From Bacteroidota bacterium (GTDB taxonomy: Bacteria > Bacteroidota > Bacteroidia > NS11-12g > UBA955): a stretch of 64,000 bases of DNA. The DNA lies in contig JAGFIU010000043.1 in the NCBI GenBank assembly GCA_024103355.1, positions 2,102 through 66,101 of the forward strand, read 5' to 3'. The notes under the pieces are model-generated. The model made no database searches. It saw nothing but the letters and a program-made list of their open reading frames with translations, and was not told the origin of the DNA. The position numbers and the translations under genes are program-made. Within the stretch, counting starts at the first letter, position 1; the number at the start of each line of letters is the position of its first letter. This document shows, piece by piece, positions 9,213 to 18,522 of this stretch.

Positions 9213-12200
9213 TTAAATGTTTCTGATTTTAGTTAGGTATTTTACACCTTGTTGAAGGTTTAATTCTTCAAGCAAGTGATAAGAACGTTCGTTTTTATAT
9301 AGTTTAGATACTTCACTAGATGTATCGTTTAAATCCCCAAATACTATAGCGTTTGCCGGACATGATCTTTGGCAAGCAGTTTCAATTTCTCCATCTATCA
9401 TTTCTCTTCTTTCGCGTTTTGCTTTAAGCTTACCATCCTGGATTCTCTGTACACACATTGAACATTTTTCCATAACCCCTCTGGTTCTAACTGTAACATC
9501 AGGATTAATGACCATCTTACCTAAATCATTATTGAAGAAGAAATCAAACTTATCATTATCATTATATCTGAACCAGTTAAATCGTCTCACTTTGAAAGGA
9601 CAGTTATTGGCACAATACTTTGTCCCAATACAACGGTTGTATGTCATTTGGTTCAAACCTTCTGAACTATGAGTAGTTGCCAACACAGGACAAACCGTTT
9701 CGCATGGGGCATTATCGCAATGTTGGCACATAATCGGCTGGTGCATCACCTGTACATTCTCATAATAGAGATATTCTCCATCTTTTTTCTTTGCTTCAGC
9801 TCTGTCCAATGCTTCGATACCTTTTTCTTTGGTAACAAAATCCTTCTGATAATCTCTTTTTAGGAGTAAGTCATTAGAATAGTCAACATGTTCCACATTT
9901 TTGAATGCAAAATATCTGTCAATTCTGATCCAATGCATCTCTCGTCTTCTTCTCACTTCATCGCGTCCTACAACAGGAACGTTGTTTTCAATGCTACAGG
10001 CGACAACACAAGCACCACAACCGGTACAAGCATTTAGGTCAATAGCCATTGCCCAATAGTGACCGGGATTATCATCTCTTTTATATTCATGTCTTGACCA
10101 AAGTTCATATAGATGAGGTCTTGGCATATCATTTCCGGCATATGGGTTCTTATTAAATTCTGTTTGAGTAGCTTCTCTTAATAAATCACGACCTTCGATT
10201 GTATTATGAGTTTGAGTTTGAGCCAATACATAATTACCGGCAACTTTTTCAATTTGAACACCTGAAGCAACCCATTGTCTTGTACCGTTAACAAACGGAG
10301 CAAACGGATATGCATTCTTTCCGATAGTTTCATATGCACCTTTTTCCGCAGATTTACCTTTTCGTCCATAACCCAATGCTATTGAAATAGTATTGTTTGC
10401 TTGACCCGGTTGAATAAGTACAGGAAATTGATCTATCGTGATTCCATTGAGACTCACTTTTACTAAATCTCCTTCAGTGATTCCTTTTTTCTCAGCTAAT
10501 GCTTTTGGCAAAGCAACATAGTTATCCCATGTTACTTTAGAAACAGGATCAGGCAATTCTTGTACCCATGGATTACCACAGAATTTTCCATCTCTTATTC
10601 CCACTTTTTGATATAAAATCAAGTCTATAGCACTATTAACTTCTGGTACCATTTTGGAAATTATAGGACCATAAGTACTGAATTCAGCAGTAAAGCTAAT
10701 AGGAGTATTTTCTATCATAGGCAGGTTATATACCCCGTCATGAAGCACTTTATTAAAGGCAGCTTCATTAGTAACACCTGCAACATTCGTTATCCAAAAA
10801 TTCTTTAGATAGGTATAGTATATTGAAGTATCAAATTTTTGTGCCATTATTTCCTTACCTGCAAACGGGTCTTTAGCAGGTTTTTCTCCAAGTCCTATCC
10901 ATGTGAGTAAAGACACCTCTGCTTGTCGTGTATTAAACACAGGCGAAATGGTCGGTTGAAGAATTTGCAATTTACCTTTCTTAGGTTCTGCATCTCCCCA
11001 AGATTCCAAGTAGTGGTTATCCGGGCAAATATAATCAACATTTTCAGCTGTTTCATCAATGAATCCTGAGAGAGAAATTTTAGTTTTGATTTTGGCTAAA
11101 GCATTCTTTACACTATCTGCTTTATGGTAGTTGTAAATAGGGTTTGCATCCCAAAAAATTACAGCATCATAGGCCCCATTTGTAGCATCAGAAATAAATT
11201 TATCGAAATCGGCATCCAAACCTTTGTACTGATTTGAATAGTTATTTAGGTCAATAGTGTTACCATAGTTACCTAACAAAACATTGAGACCGTTAACCAT
11301 TTGTTGTACATAGGGGTCATTTGAACCGGATATAATGATTGATTTACCTTCATTGTCAAGCAAATCTTTTGCAACATTATCAAGCACATTTCCTGCAAGA
11401 TTAAGAACTCTTGTAACCGGAATTTTAGCTGTTCCTTTTTTCTCTGCAATTCTATTATAAAGAGTAGCGATATAGAGCGCTTCACTTGATTGTTTCATAG
11501 GGAATCTGATATCAGCATTGGTTCCCGTAAGAGAAAGGTTGGATTCAAACTGATAATGTCTTGACATATTTCCGGGAACTCTTCCTCTAGTGTATGAGCC
11601 GGTATATTCAACCGGAGAAATCCACGTACCTAAAAAGTCTGCTGCAAAACTTACAATGATTTTTGATTTTGAAAAATCATATGATGGAATAACGGCTTTC
11701 CCAAATCCATCTAAATTTGCTTTTAATATCCCACTATAAGAAATCGCATCATAAGTAATATGGTCAGTGCTATATTTTTCAGCAAATTTTTGAATTACGG
11801 AAAGCGCTGAAGGACTATGTATTGTACCGGAAACAATAGCAACTTTTTTGCTCGCAGCAAGTGCTTTCTCTATTTCACCATCTATAGTAGCCCAGTCAGT
11901 TGCTTTCCCACCTTTCATTGGGTTTTCTAATCTAGCAGTATCATAAAGTGAGAGAATACTTGCTTGACCTAAAGCAGATAGACCTCGTCCTGAAAAGGAA
12001 TTTGGGTTACCGTCAACTTTAATGGGCCTTCCTTCACGAACCTTAATTTGAACACCATATCCCTCTGAACTTGCACCTAAAGTAGAGTTATAATAGTTTG
12101 CAACTCCGGGAGTGACATCCTCGGGTTTAACCAAGTACGGGATTGCTTTTCTGATTGGAGCTTTGTTACATGCTGCCAATGCTACAGCGGTGATACTAAA

Positions 12201-12371
12201 ACCAAAGAATTTTAAGAAGTCTCTCCTATTTGAAGATAATTCAAAGTTATTCTCTTGTAGAACTTCATCTAAAGGTAGGTCTTCGCTAAACTCTTTTTTC
12301 AAATCTGCTTGAAATGAAGGTGTGTTAAGTAACTCATCCTCTCCTTTCCAATATTGTGTTTTATTAGACAT
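9213..12371 (-). CDS. actB: ACIII subunit ActB: Tat-exported molybdopterin-oxidoreductase-like domain fused to a 4Fe-4S ferredoxin domain
   Basis: 1052 aa. The twin-arginine motif SNRRDFLKF is followed by a hydrophobic stretch. The C-terminal half holds multiple Cys clusters (CTGCGACVVACSIENNVP, CQHCDNAPCETVCP, CIGTKYCANNCP). Confidence 0.75.
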   Translation of the reverse strand: MSNKTQYWKGEDELLNTPSFQADLKKEFSEDLPLDEVLQENNFELSSNRRDFLKFFGFSITAVALAACNKAPIRKAIPYLVKPEDVTPGVANYYNSTLGASSEGYGVQIKVREGRPIKVDGNPNSFSGRGLSALGQASILSLYDTARLENPMKGGKATDWATIDGEIEKALAASKKVAIVSGTIHSPSALSVIQKFAEKYSTDHITYDAISYSGILKANLDGFGKAVIPSYDFSKSKIIVSFAADFLGTWISPVEYTGSYTRGRVPGNMSRHYQFESNLSLTGTNADIRFPMKQSSEALYIATLYNRIAEKKGTAKIPVTRVLNLAGNVLDNVAKDLLDNEGKSIIISGSNDPYVQQMVNGLNVLLGNYGNTIDLNNYSNQYKGLDADFDKFISDATNGAYDAVIFWDANPIYNYHKADSVKNALAKIKTKISLSGFIDETAENVDYICPDNHYLESWGDAEPKKGKLQILQPTISPVFNTRQAEVSLLTWIGLGEKPAKDPFAGKEIMAQKFDTSIYYTYLKNFWITNVAGVTNEAAFNKVLHDGVYNLPMIENTPISFTAEFSTYGPIISKMVPEVNSAIDLILYQKVGIRDGKFCGNPWVQELPDPVSKVTWDNYVALPKALAEKKGITEGDLVKVSLNGITIDQFPVLIQPGQANNTISIALGYGRKGKSAEKGAYETIGKNAYPFAPFVNGTRQWVASGVQIEKVAGNYVLAQTQTHNTIEGRDLLREATQTEFNKNPYAGNDMPRPHLYELWSRHEYKRDDNPGHYWAMAIDLNACTGCGACVVACSIENNVPVVGRDEVRRRREMHWIRIDRYFAFKNVEHVDYSNDLLLKRDYQKDFVTKEKGIEALDRAEAKKKDGEYLYYENVQVMHQPIMCQHCDNAPCETVCPVLATTHSSEGLNQMTYNRCIGTKYCANNCPFKVRRFNWFRYNDNDKFDFFFNNDLGKMVINPDVTVRTRGVMEKCSMCVQRIQDGKLKAKRERREMIDGEIETACQRSCPANAIVFGDLNDTSSEVSKLYKNERSYHLLEELNLQQGVKYLTKIRNI

Positions 12372-12405
12372 TTAGTTTCTATGAAATGATTAGTTGATAA
12401 TTATA

Positions 12406-14127
12406 TTAATAATGGCACTTTGAGCAATCCAAACCACCAATGTTTGCAATTGTGATATTAACTTTTCCGTCCTTAAGATACTTACTTTTATCTCCATTCT
12501 TCTCAATATCCTTTTTGGCGAGCGCATGAAGTTTTTCGTAATAATCATTGTTCTCAACATCTACTCCTGAGTTTCTGTGACAATCTATGCACCAACCCAT
12601 TTGAAGTGTGGCGTATTGCTGAATAACTTCCATCTCTTGAACAGGCCCGTGACACTTTTGACATTCCAATCCGGCAACATTGGCATGCTGAGAGTGATTG
12701 AAATATGATAAATCCGGTAAATTATGTACCCTTACCCATTTGATATTCTTTGGATTATCTCCAAAGCGCTCTCCCGGTTTTGCATCAGGGTTGTAATCTA
12801 AGGCTGTATAAATCTTCTGAATTTCCGGAGAAACTTCACCGTTATATTTGTCTCTTAGTTGTACTCCAACGTGGCAATTCATACAAGTATTTAATGAAGG
12901 AATGCTCGCAGCTTTACTATAATCTACAGTACTATGGCAATAACGACAATCAATATTTAATTCACCGGCATGAAGCGCATGGGAATATGCAATCGGTTGT
13001 GTTGGGGCATATCCTCTCTGAACACCAACTTCTGTAACTCCAAAATAAAAACCATAAATACCTAAAACCAAACCCACTGATACAATAATTAATAGAGTAT
13101 TTATTGTTCTTCGAGAAGTACTATATTTGTTCTTAAGATGTTCTGTAAGTGATTTTTCTTTTTGTTCTGAGCCTTCAAATTCTTTTATTACATTGGATAA
13201 TTTCCTTCTGATTCTATAAAGTATTATAGCTACAATGAGTAAAACTACTGCAATTATAGCCACCACATAGAGTGTTGTTTTATTGTAAAAACTACCTTCA
13301 TTAGCGGACTTACCGTCATCTGTTTTTGTCTTACCTGAATCTTCTGCAACTTTAGGAGCACTCTCATAGTCAATCCAAGCTAGGATTGCATCTATATCCT
13401 CAGTAGTCAAATTCTCATATACATTCATCGCTGCACTATTATACTCTTTGTATAGTGCAATGGCATCAGGATCTCCTGATTCTCTTAATTGAACATTATT
13501 TTTTATCCAACTATGCAACCAATCTTTGCTTCTTCGTTTGGTTACATCCTTTAAGGCAGGCCCGATTACAACTCTATCAATTGCATGACATGCCATACAA
13601 GCTTGTTGTTCAAATAACTCTTTCCCCTTTTGGACTAAAGCATCAGGTGCGCCACCAGAAGCAGGCGCTGCTTTGGGCGAACTTTCTTCTTCTATCCACA
13701 ACAAAATCGACTTGATGTCATTATCAGATAGGTGCTCATATGTATTCATTGCAGCACCGTTATATTCTTTGTAAATTGCTATAGCATCCTTATCACCTGA
13801 TTCTCGTAACTGAACATTATTTCTAATCCATTTAATTAGCCACTCTTCACTTTTTTGCTTTGTTATATCTTTTAAAGCAGGACCAATTACAACCCTGTCA
13901 ATAGCATGACAGGCAAAACATGCTTGTTGTTCAAATAATTCTTTCCCTTTTGCTGCTGATGGGGCATCTTGAGCCTTAGCTACATAGGAACCATAAGTTA
14001 GTAATAGAGCAGTAAGGCTAATTGCCCTTACTGAATTTCTGATTATGTCTGATAGTCTTATCATTAGTACTATTAATATTATATACACTAATTTCCAAAG
14101 CACTTTTGCTTCAAAAATTCGGGGCAA
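12406..14127 (-). CDS. actA: ActA-like multihaem cytochrome c: two N-terminal mono-haem class-I-like domains plus a C-terminal pentahaem ActA domain (7 CXXCH motifs)
   Basis: 573 aa with a signal peptide. The motifs are CFACH and CMACH in two near-identical 88-aa repeats, two TM helices, then CRYCH, CMNCH, CIDCH, CQKCH and CSKCH. Confidence 0.7.
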   Translation of the reverse strand: MPRIFEAKVLWKLVYIILIVLMIRLSDIIRNSVRAISLTALLLTYGSYVAKAQDAPSAAKGKELFEQQACFACHAIDRVVIGPALKDITKQKSEEWLIKWIRNNVQLRESGDKDAIAIYKEYNGAAMNTYEHLSDNDIKSILLWIEEESSPKAAPASGGAPDALVQKGKELFEQQACMACHAIDRVVIGPALKDVTKRRSKDWLHSWIKNNVQLRESGDPDAIALYKEYNSAAMNVYENLTTEDIDAILAWIDYESAPKVAEDSGKTKTDDGKSANEGSFYNKTTLYVVAIIAVVLLIVAIILYRIRRKLSNVIKEFEGSEQKEKSLTEHLKNKYSTSRRTINTLLIIVSVGLVLGIYGFYFGVTEVGVQRGYAPTQPIAYSHALHAGELNIDCRYCHSTVDYSKAASIPSLNTCMNCHVGVQLRDKYNGEVSPEIQKIYTALDYNPDAKPGERFGDNPKNIKWVRVHNLPDLSYFNHSQHANVAGLECQKCHGPVQEMEVIQQYATLQMGWCIDCHRNSGVDVENNDYYEKLHALAKKDIEKNGDKSKYLKDGKVNITIANIGGLDCSKCHY

Positions 14128-14336
14128 ATATAGGAGCAGTTTCTATAAGTCAATATCCTTTTTAGTATTTAGAAAGTAATTTAAAACCTATCTAAATAGT
14201 ATTTGTAAGTGACTAATTATTAACGATATACAGTGTTGCGGAAATTTATATGAATTTTTCTTTCAAATCATCTCTCATTAACTCTCAGTAGCATTCTTAT
14301 CGGAAAATATTGAGAAAATCAATTAAAAAACTTGCA

Positions 14337-15359
14337 TTACTTTGGCTCTCTAGTATTCAAGAGAATTAGCCTATATTCTAAGAAGGTGCCTGCTCCATTA
14401 ATCTTAACAGAGGTTTCCATTCTAAATTCTGAAATATTCCTTCTTAGCTTGTCGAATGTGTGATATTCATCTCTTGAAACAATTATACGAGGTGGAGGAA
14501 TGTTGACCTCTCCTCCTGAAGTCCCTGTTAAATAATTCAAATAATCCTCTGCAAGGCTTTGAAAGTCTGATTCATCAGTTACTGAATTAAAGGAATGTTT
14601 AATTTCATCTCGATTCTCGGAAGTAATATAAAAGATTTCGTCACCTGACTTGCTTATACTCTCTCTATCTTTGAAAGGATTAGGTATCTCACATATAATA
14701 GGGTCCTTTATCCATAGATTAACTCTACGTCCAATTATCGAGAACATATTTAAATAGTAATTTGCAACCACAAGTTCAACTTCTTCAGGTTGTTCATACA
14801 GTTTTCTATATTCATCGTAAGTATTTAAACCTATTTTTTTATTCTCAAATTCTATTCTCAAATTTTGCAATAACGTATCTCGCCATTGTTCCCAATTCTT
14901 TAGACCAATGTAGTTAAATGAATCATCAAACTCCAACAGAACCGGAGCATTTCTTAAGGATTCTCGGGTTTCTAAATAAGCCGTTTTGCTCGGCTTATCA
15001 TATTTCATATAATGTGTTATACCTACTATCCATGTGTTTGAATCGGTATAGGATATGTTCATCACTGAATAAAGCGAATCAATCGTCATATAAATAGGCA
15101 TATCCCTCTCATTCGTATTCAAATTGGTTGTTTTATGAAAATACACAAGCTCCATCCCGTTTTTCCAATTTGGTTTAAAAGTAAAATGCATCGTGGTGTC
15201 AAGCTGAGCAAATGTCTTTGAAGCAGAAAGCACTATGCACATCACTATTAAGGAAGCAATAAAACCGCTTTTGAATGAGACATTGTTGTTCATGAATATT
15301 TCAAAATAAATTGCTGCAAAGATGCAAAAAACTATGCCAAAGTTGCTCCTACTAAACAA
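14337..15359 (-). CDS. Hypothetical secreted protein (the real start is probably the internal Met at about 15293)
   Basis: 340-aa ORF. Only the segment from the MNNNVSF Met onward has a signal-peptide-like hydrophobic region. No recognisable family. Confidence 0.4.
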   Translation of the reverse strand: MFSRSNFGIVFCIFAAIYFEIFMNNNVSFKSGFIASLIVMCIVLSASKTFAQLDTTMHFTFKPNWKNGMELVYFHKTTNLNTNERDMPIYMTIDSLYSVMNISYTDSNTWIVGITHYMKYDKPSKTAYLETRESLRNAPVLLEFDDSFNYIGLKNWEQWRDTLLQNLRIEFENKKIGLNTYDEYRKLYEQPEEVELVVANYYLNMFSIIGRRVNLWIKDPIICEIPNPFKDRESISKSGDEIFYITSENRDEIKHSFNSVTDESDFQSLAEDYLNYLTGTSGGEVNIPPPRIIVSRDEYHTFDKLRRNISEFRMETSVKINGAGTFLEYRLILLNTREPK

Positions 15360-15392
15360 TATTCTACCTTTGCTCCCGATTCAGAAACTAAA

Positions 15393-17369
15393 ATGATATT
15401 TAACAGAAAACAACTCGATGACTCAACGTTAATAGAGTTATATAAAAACCTCATATATCCCCGTATCATAGAAGAAAAAATGCTGATTTTGCTCAGACAA
15501 GGGAAAATAGGTAAATGGTTTTCCGGTATTGGGCAAGAAGCAATTGCAGTCGGGGCAACACTTGCGTTAAAGGATAATGATTATATACTTCCACTGCATA
15601 GAAATCTGGGAGTTTTTACCACTCGAAAAATTCCATTTTCCAAGCTCTTTGCACAATGGCAGGGGAAGAAGTCGGGTTTTACCAAAGGTCGCGACCGTTC
15701 TTTTCATTTTGGTACTAATGAATATCATATAGTCGGGATGATTTCGCACCTCGGTGCAATGGCGGGAGTGAGTAATGGAATCGCATTGGCTGAGAAAATT
15801 GATAAAACAGGCAATATCGCACTTGTTTTTTCCGGTGACGGTGGTACCAGCGAAGGTGATTATCATGAAGCTTTAAATGTGGCTGCTGTGTGGGATCTGC
15901 CGGTTATTTTTCTTATTGAAAACAACGGCTATGGGCTTTCTACTCCCGGCAATGAGCAATTTCGGTGCAAACAATTTATTGACAAAGGGATAGGCTATGG
16001 CATGGAAGCCATACAAATTGACGGGAACAACCTATTGGAGGTGTTTCACACTATCAAAGAAACCGCAGACTCAATCCGACAAAACCCTCGTCCCGTGCTG
16101 ATTGAATGTATTACCTTCAGAATGAGAGGACATGAAGAAGCCTCAGGTACAAAATATGTTCCGCGAGAATTGTTCGAAATATGGGCTAAAAAAGACCCCA
16201 TTTCCAACTATGAAAGCTATCTGATTCAACTAGGTTTATTGAATGAGGCACTTAAAAATCAAATCCACGATTCTTTCAAATCAGAAATTGACAGTGCTGT
16301 TAAAGTAGTAGAAAACGAACCGGATATTATTGCAGATACAAAAGAAGAACTTGCAGATATGTATGCAATATCTGATATCGTTCCTACCCTACCCGACACA
16401 AGCAAACAAAGTGAAAAACGTCTGGTTGATGCAATTTCAGACGGCTTGAAGCAAAGTCTTGAAAAATTTCCTCACTCATTGGTTATGGGTCAAGACATAG
16501 CTGAATATGGCGGTGTTTTTAAGGTTACAGAAAACTTCTATGAGATATTTGGCAAAGAACGAATCAGAAATACTCCCATCACTGAAAGTTCTATTTTGGG
16601 TGCCGGTTACGGCTTATCCATCAAAGGATGGAAAGCGGTTGTAGAAATGCAGTTTGGTGATTTTGTAAGTTGCGGTTTCAATCAAATTGTAAACAACCTT
16701 GCCAAATCTCATTATCGCTGGGCACAGAATGCAGATGTAGTGGTTAGACTTCCCACCGGAGCCGGTGTTGGCGCAGGTCCTTTCCACTCTCAAAGCACAG
16801 AAGCCTGGTTTACCCATGTTCCGGGACTAAAAGTAGTGTATCCCTCAAATCCGTTTGATGCTAAAGGATTGCTCTGCGCAAGCATCGAAGACCCTAATCC
16901 TATTCTGTTTTTTGAACACAAAGCATTGTATAGAAGCATTCACGGAATGGTTCCGGATAATTACTACACCTTACCAATCGGTAAAGGCCGAAAAATCAGC
17001 GAGGGAGATGAACTCAGTATTATTACTTACGGCTGGGCAGTTCATTGGGCAAAAGAAGCTTGTGAAAAAATGCAAATCAGTGCCGATATCATAGACCTGA
17101 GAACATTAATCCCATGGGATAAAGAAATGGTTTCGCAATCAGTACAAAAGACGGGCAAAGTGTTAGTCTTGCACGAAGACACGCTCACAGGCGGTTTCGG
17201 AGCTGAAATTGCAGCATGGATCAGCGAAAACTGTTTTGAACACTTGGACGCACCTGTACGCAGGCTGGGAAGCCTTGATACTCCTGTGCCTTTGGCTAAA
17301 GATTTGGAAAGAAATTTTCTTGGCAAAGCAAGACTGGAAACCGTCCTAAATGAGTTGAGAGCATATTAG
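15393..17369 (+). CDS. 2-oxoacid dehydrogenase E1 component with fused alpha and beta subunits (TPP-dependent; BCKDH/acetoin-type)
   Basis: 658 aa. The N-terminal half has the E1-alpha TPP-binding region (GDGGTSEGDYHEALNVAAVWDLPVIFLIENNGYG). The C-terminal half is E1-beta transketolase-like (EMQFGDFV.., pyrimidine-binding). Fused E1 genes are common in Bacteroidota. Confidence 0.8.
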   Translation: MIFNRKQLDDSTLIELYKNLIYPRIIEEKMLILLRQGKIGKWFSGIGQEAIAVGATLALKDNDYILPLHRNLGVFTTRKIPFSKLFAQWQGKKSGFTKGRDRSFHFGTNEYHIVGMISHLGAMAGVSNGIALAEKIDKTGNIALVFSGDGGTSEGDYHEALNVAAVWDLPVIFLIENNGYGLSTPGNEQFRCKQFIDKGIGYGMEAIQIDGNNLLEVFHTIKETADSIRQNPRPVLIECITFRMRGHEEASGTKYVPRELFEIWAKKDPISNYESYLIQLGLLNEALKNQIHDSFKSEIDSAVKVVENEPDIIADTKEELADMYAISDIVPTLPDTSKQSEKRLVDAISDGLKQSLEKFPHSLVMGQDIAEYGGVFKVTENFYEIFGKERIRNTPITESSILGAGYGLSIKGWKAVVEMQFGDFVSCGFNQIVNNLAKSHYRWAQNADVVVRLPTGAGVGAGPFHSQSTEAWFTHVPGLKVVYPSNPFDAKGLLCASIEDPNPILFFEHKALYRSIHGMVPDNYYTLPIGKGRKISEGDELSIITYGWAVHWAKEACEKMQISADIIDLRTLIPWDKEMVSQSVQKTGKVLVLHEDTLTGGFGAEIAAWISENCFEHLDAPVRRLGSLDTPVPLAKDLERNFLGKARLETVLNELRAY

Positions 17370-17457
17370 TTTTGACTGTAAGCAAAATTAGATTCTTTCA
17401 AAAACATATCATTCACAATACTATGCGATGCAAGATAGTGGACTGTTTCTGATTTTC

Positions 17458-18510
17458 CTACCTGAATCCTTCGTTGATATCTTGCAAAATATCATTTCCG
17501 GGGCACAAGGTTGCTTCGTTCAAGCGGTTGAGCGGGGTGTCGGAAGTATTTAAAATATTATGCAACTCTTTGGGATTGCGGTTGATATAAAGCAAGCCGG
17601 TTAGCACCTCTTGTTTTTCTTCTGCTCTTTTGAGTGCTGAGATAGCGGATAGTCGGTCTTCCGGATTCCATTCATTATCCAATTTATGAAATTGCAGTGC
17701 ACTGCCGTCATGCAGTTCAATAGTGGTAACTTCTCCTTCTCCATAGGACTTGGTAATGGGATCCATTACAGGCACATAATCTGCTCTACCAGTGCAGGCT
17801 GCATGTTCTCTCGCAAACTGATATGATTTTGTAGAGCCGGGATTATTATTGAATGTAACACAAGGTGAAACCACATTCAAAAAAGCAAATCCGGGATGGT
17901 TGATAGCAGCCTTGAGTAGAGGAATCAATTGGTCTTTGTCTCCCGAAAAGCTCTGAGCTACAAAAGAAGCTCCCAATTCTATTGCAAGGCTGGCCAAATC
18001 AATAGGCGGATAGGGGTTAACGCTTCCGGCTTTACTGATAGAACCTACATCGGCAGTGGCGGAATCTTGTCCTTTTGTAAGACCATAAACCCCATTATTC
18101 ATGCAGATATAAACCATGTTCAGGTTTTTGCGTATCACATGAACAAATTGTCCCATACCGATTGATGCAGAATCTCCATCGCCCGAAACACCGATATACA
18201 ATAACTCTTTGTTGGCAAGGTTTGCTCCGGTAGCCACAGCCGGCATGCGTCCGTGAACTGAGTTGAATCCGTGTGAATTGCTCAAAAAATAAGCAGGCGT
18301 TTTGGATGAACACCCAATTCCGGATAGTTTGGCAACTTTGTGTGGCTCTATATCCAATTCAAAACAAGCCTGAACAATGGCTGTGCTGATGGAATCGTGG
18401 CCGCAACCGGCACAAAGGGTTGAAATAACTCCTTCGTATTCGGCTGAGGTGTAGCCCAATTTATTTTTGGGTAATTCAGGATGTCGGAAACTTGGTTTAT
18501 AAAATGTCAT
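17458..18510 (-). CDS. 2-oxoacid:ferredoxin oxidoreductase beta subunit, second paralog
   Basis: 350 aa with CAGCGHD and GDGDSASIGMGQ TPP-binding motifs. It is collinear with the alpha-subunit paralog 12 bp upstream. Confidence 0.8.
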   Translation of the reverse strand: MTFYKPSFRHPELPKNKLGYTSAEYEGVISTLCAGCGHDSISTAIVQACFELDIEPHKVAKLSGIGCSSKTPAYFLSNSHGFNSVHGRMPAVATGANLANKELLYIGVSGDGDSASIGMGQFVHVIRKNLNMVYICMNNGVYGLTKGQDSATADVGSISKAGSVNPYPPIDLASLAIELGASFVAQSFSGDKDQLIPLLKAAINHPGFAFLNVVSPCVTFNNNPGSTKSYQFAREHAACTGRADYVPVMDPITKSYGEGEVTTIELHDGSALQFHKLDNEWNPEDRLSAISALKRAEEKQEVLTGLLYINRNPKELHNILNTSDTPLNRLNEATLCPGNDILQDINEGFR

Positions 18511-18522
18511 TGTTATTAATTG

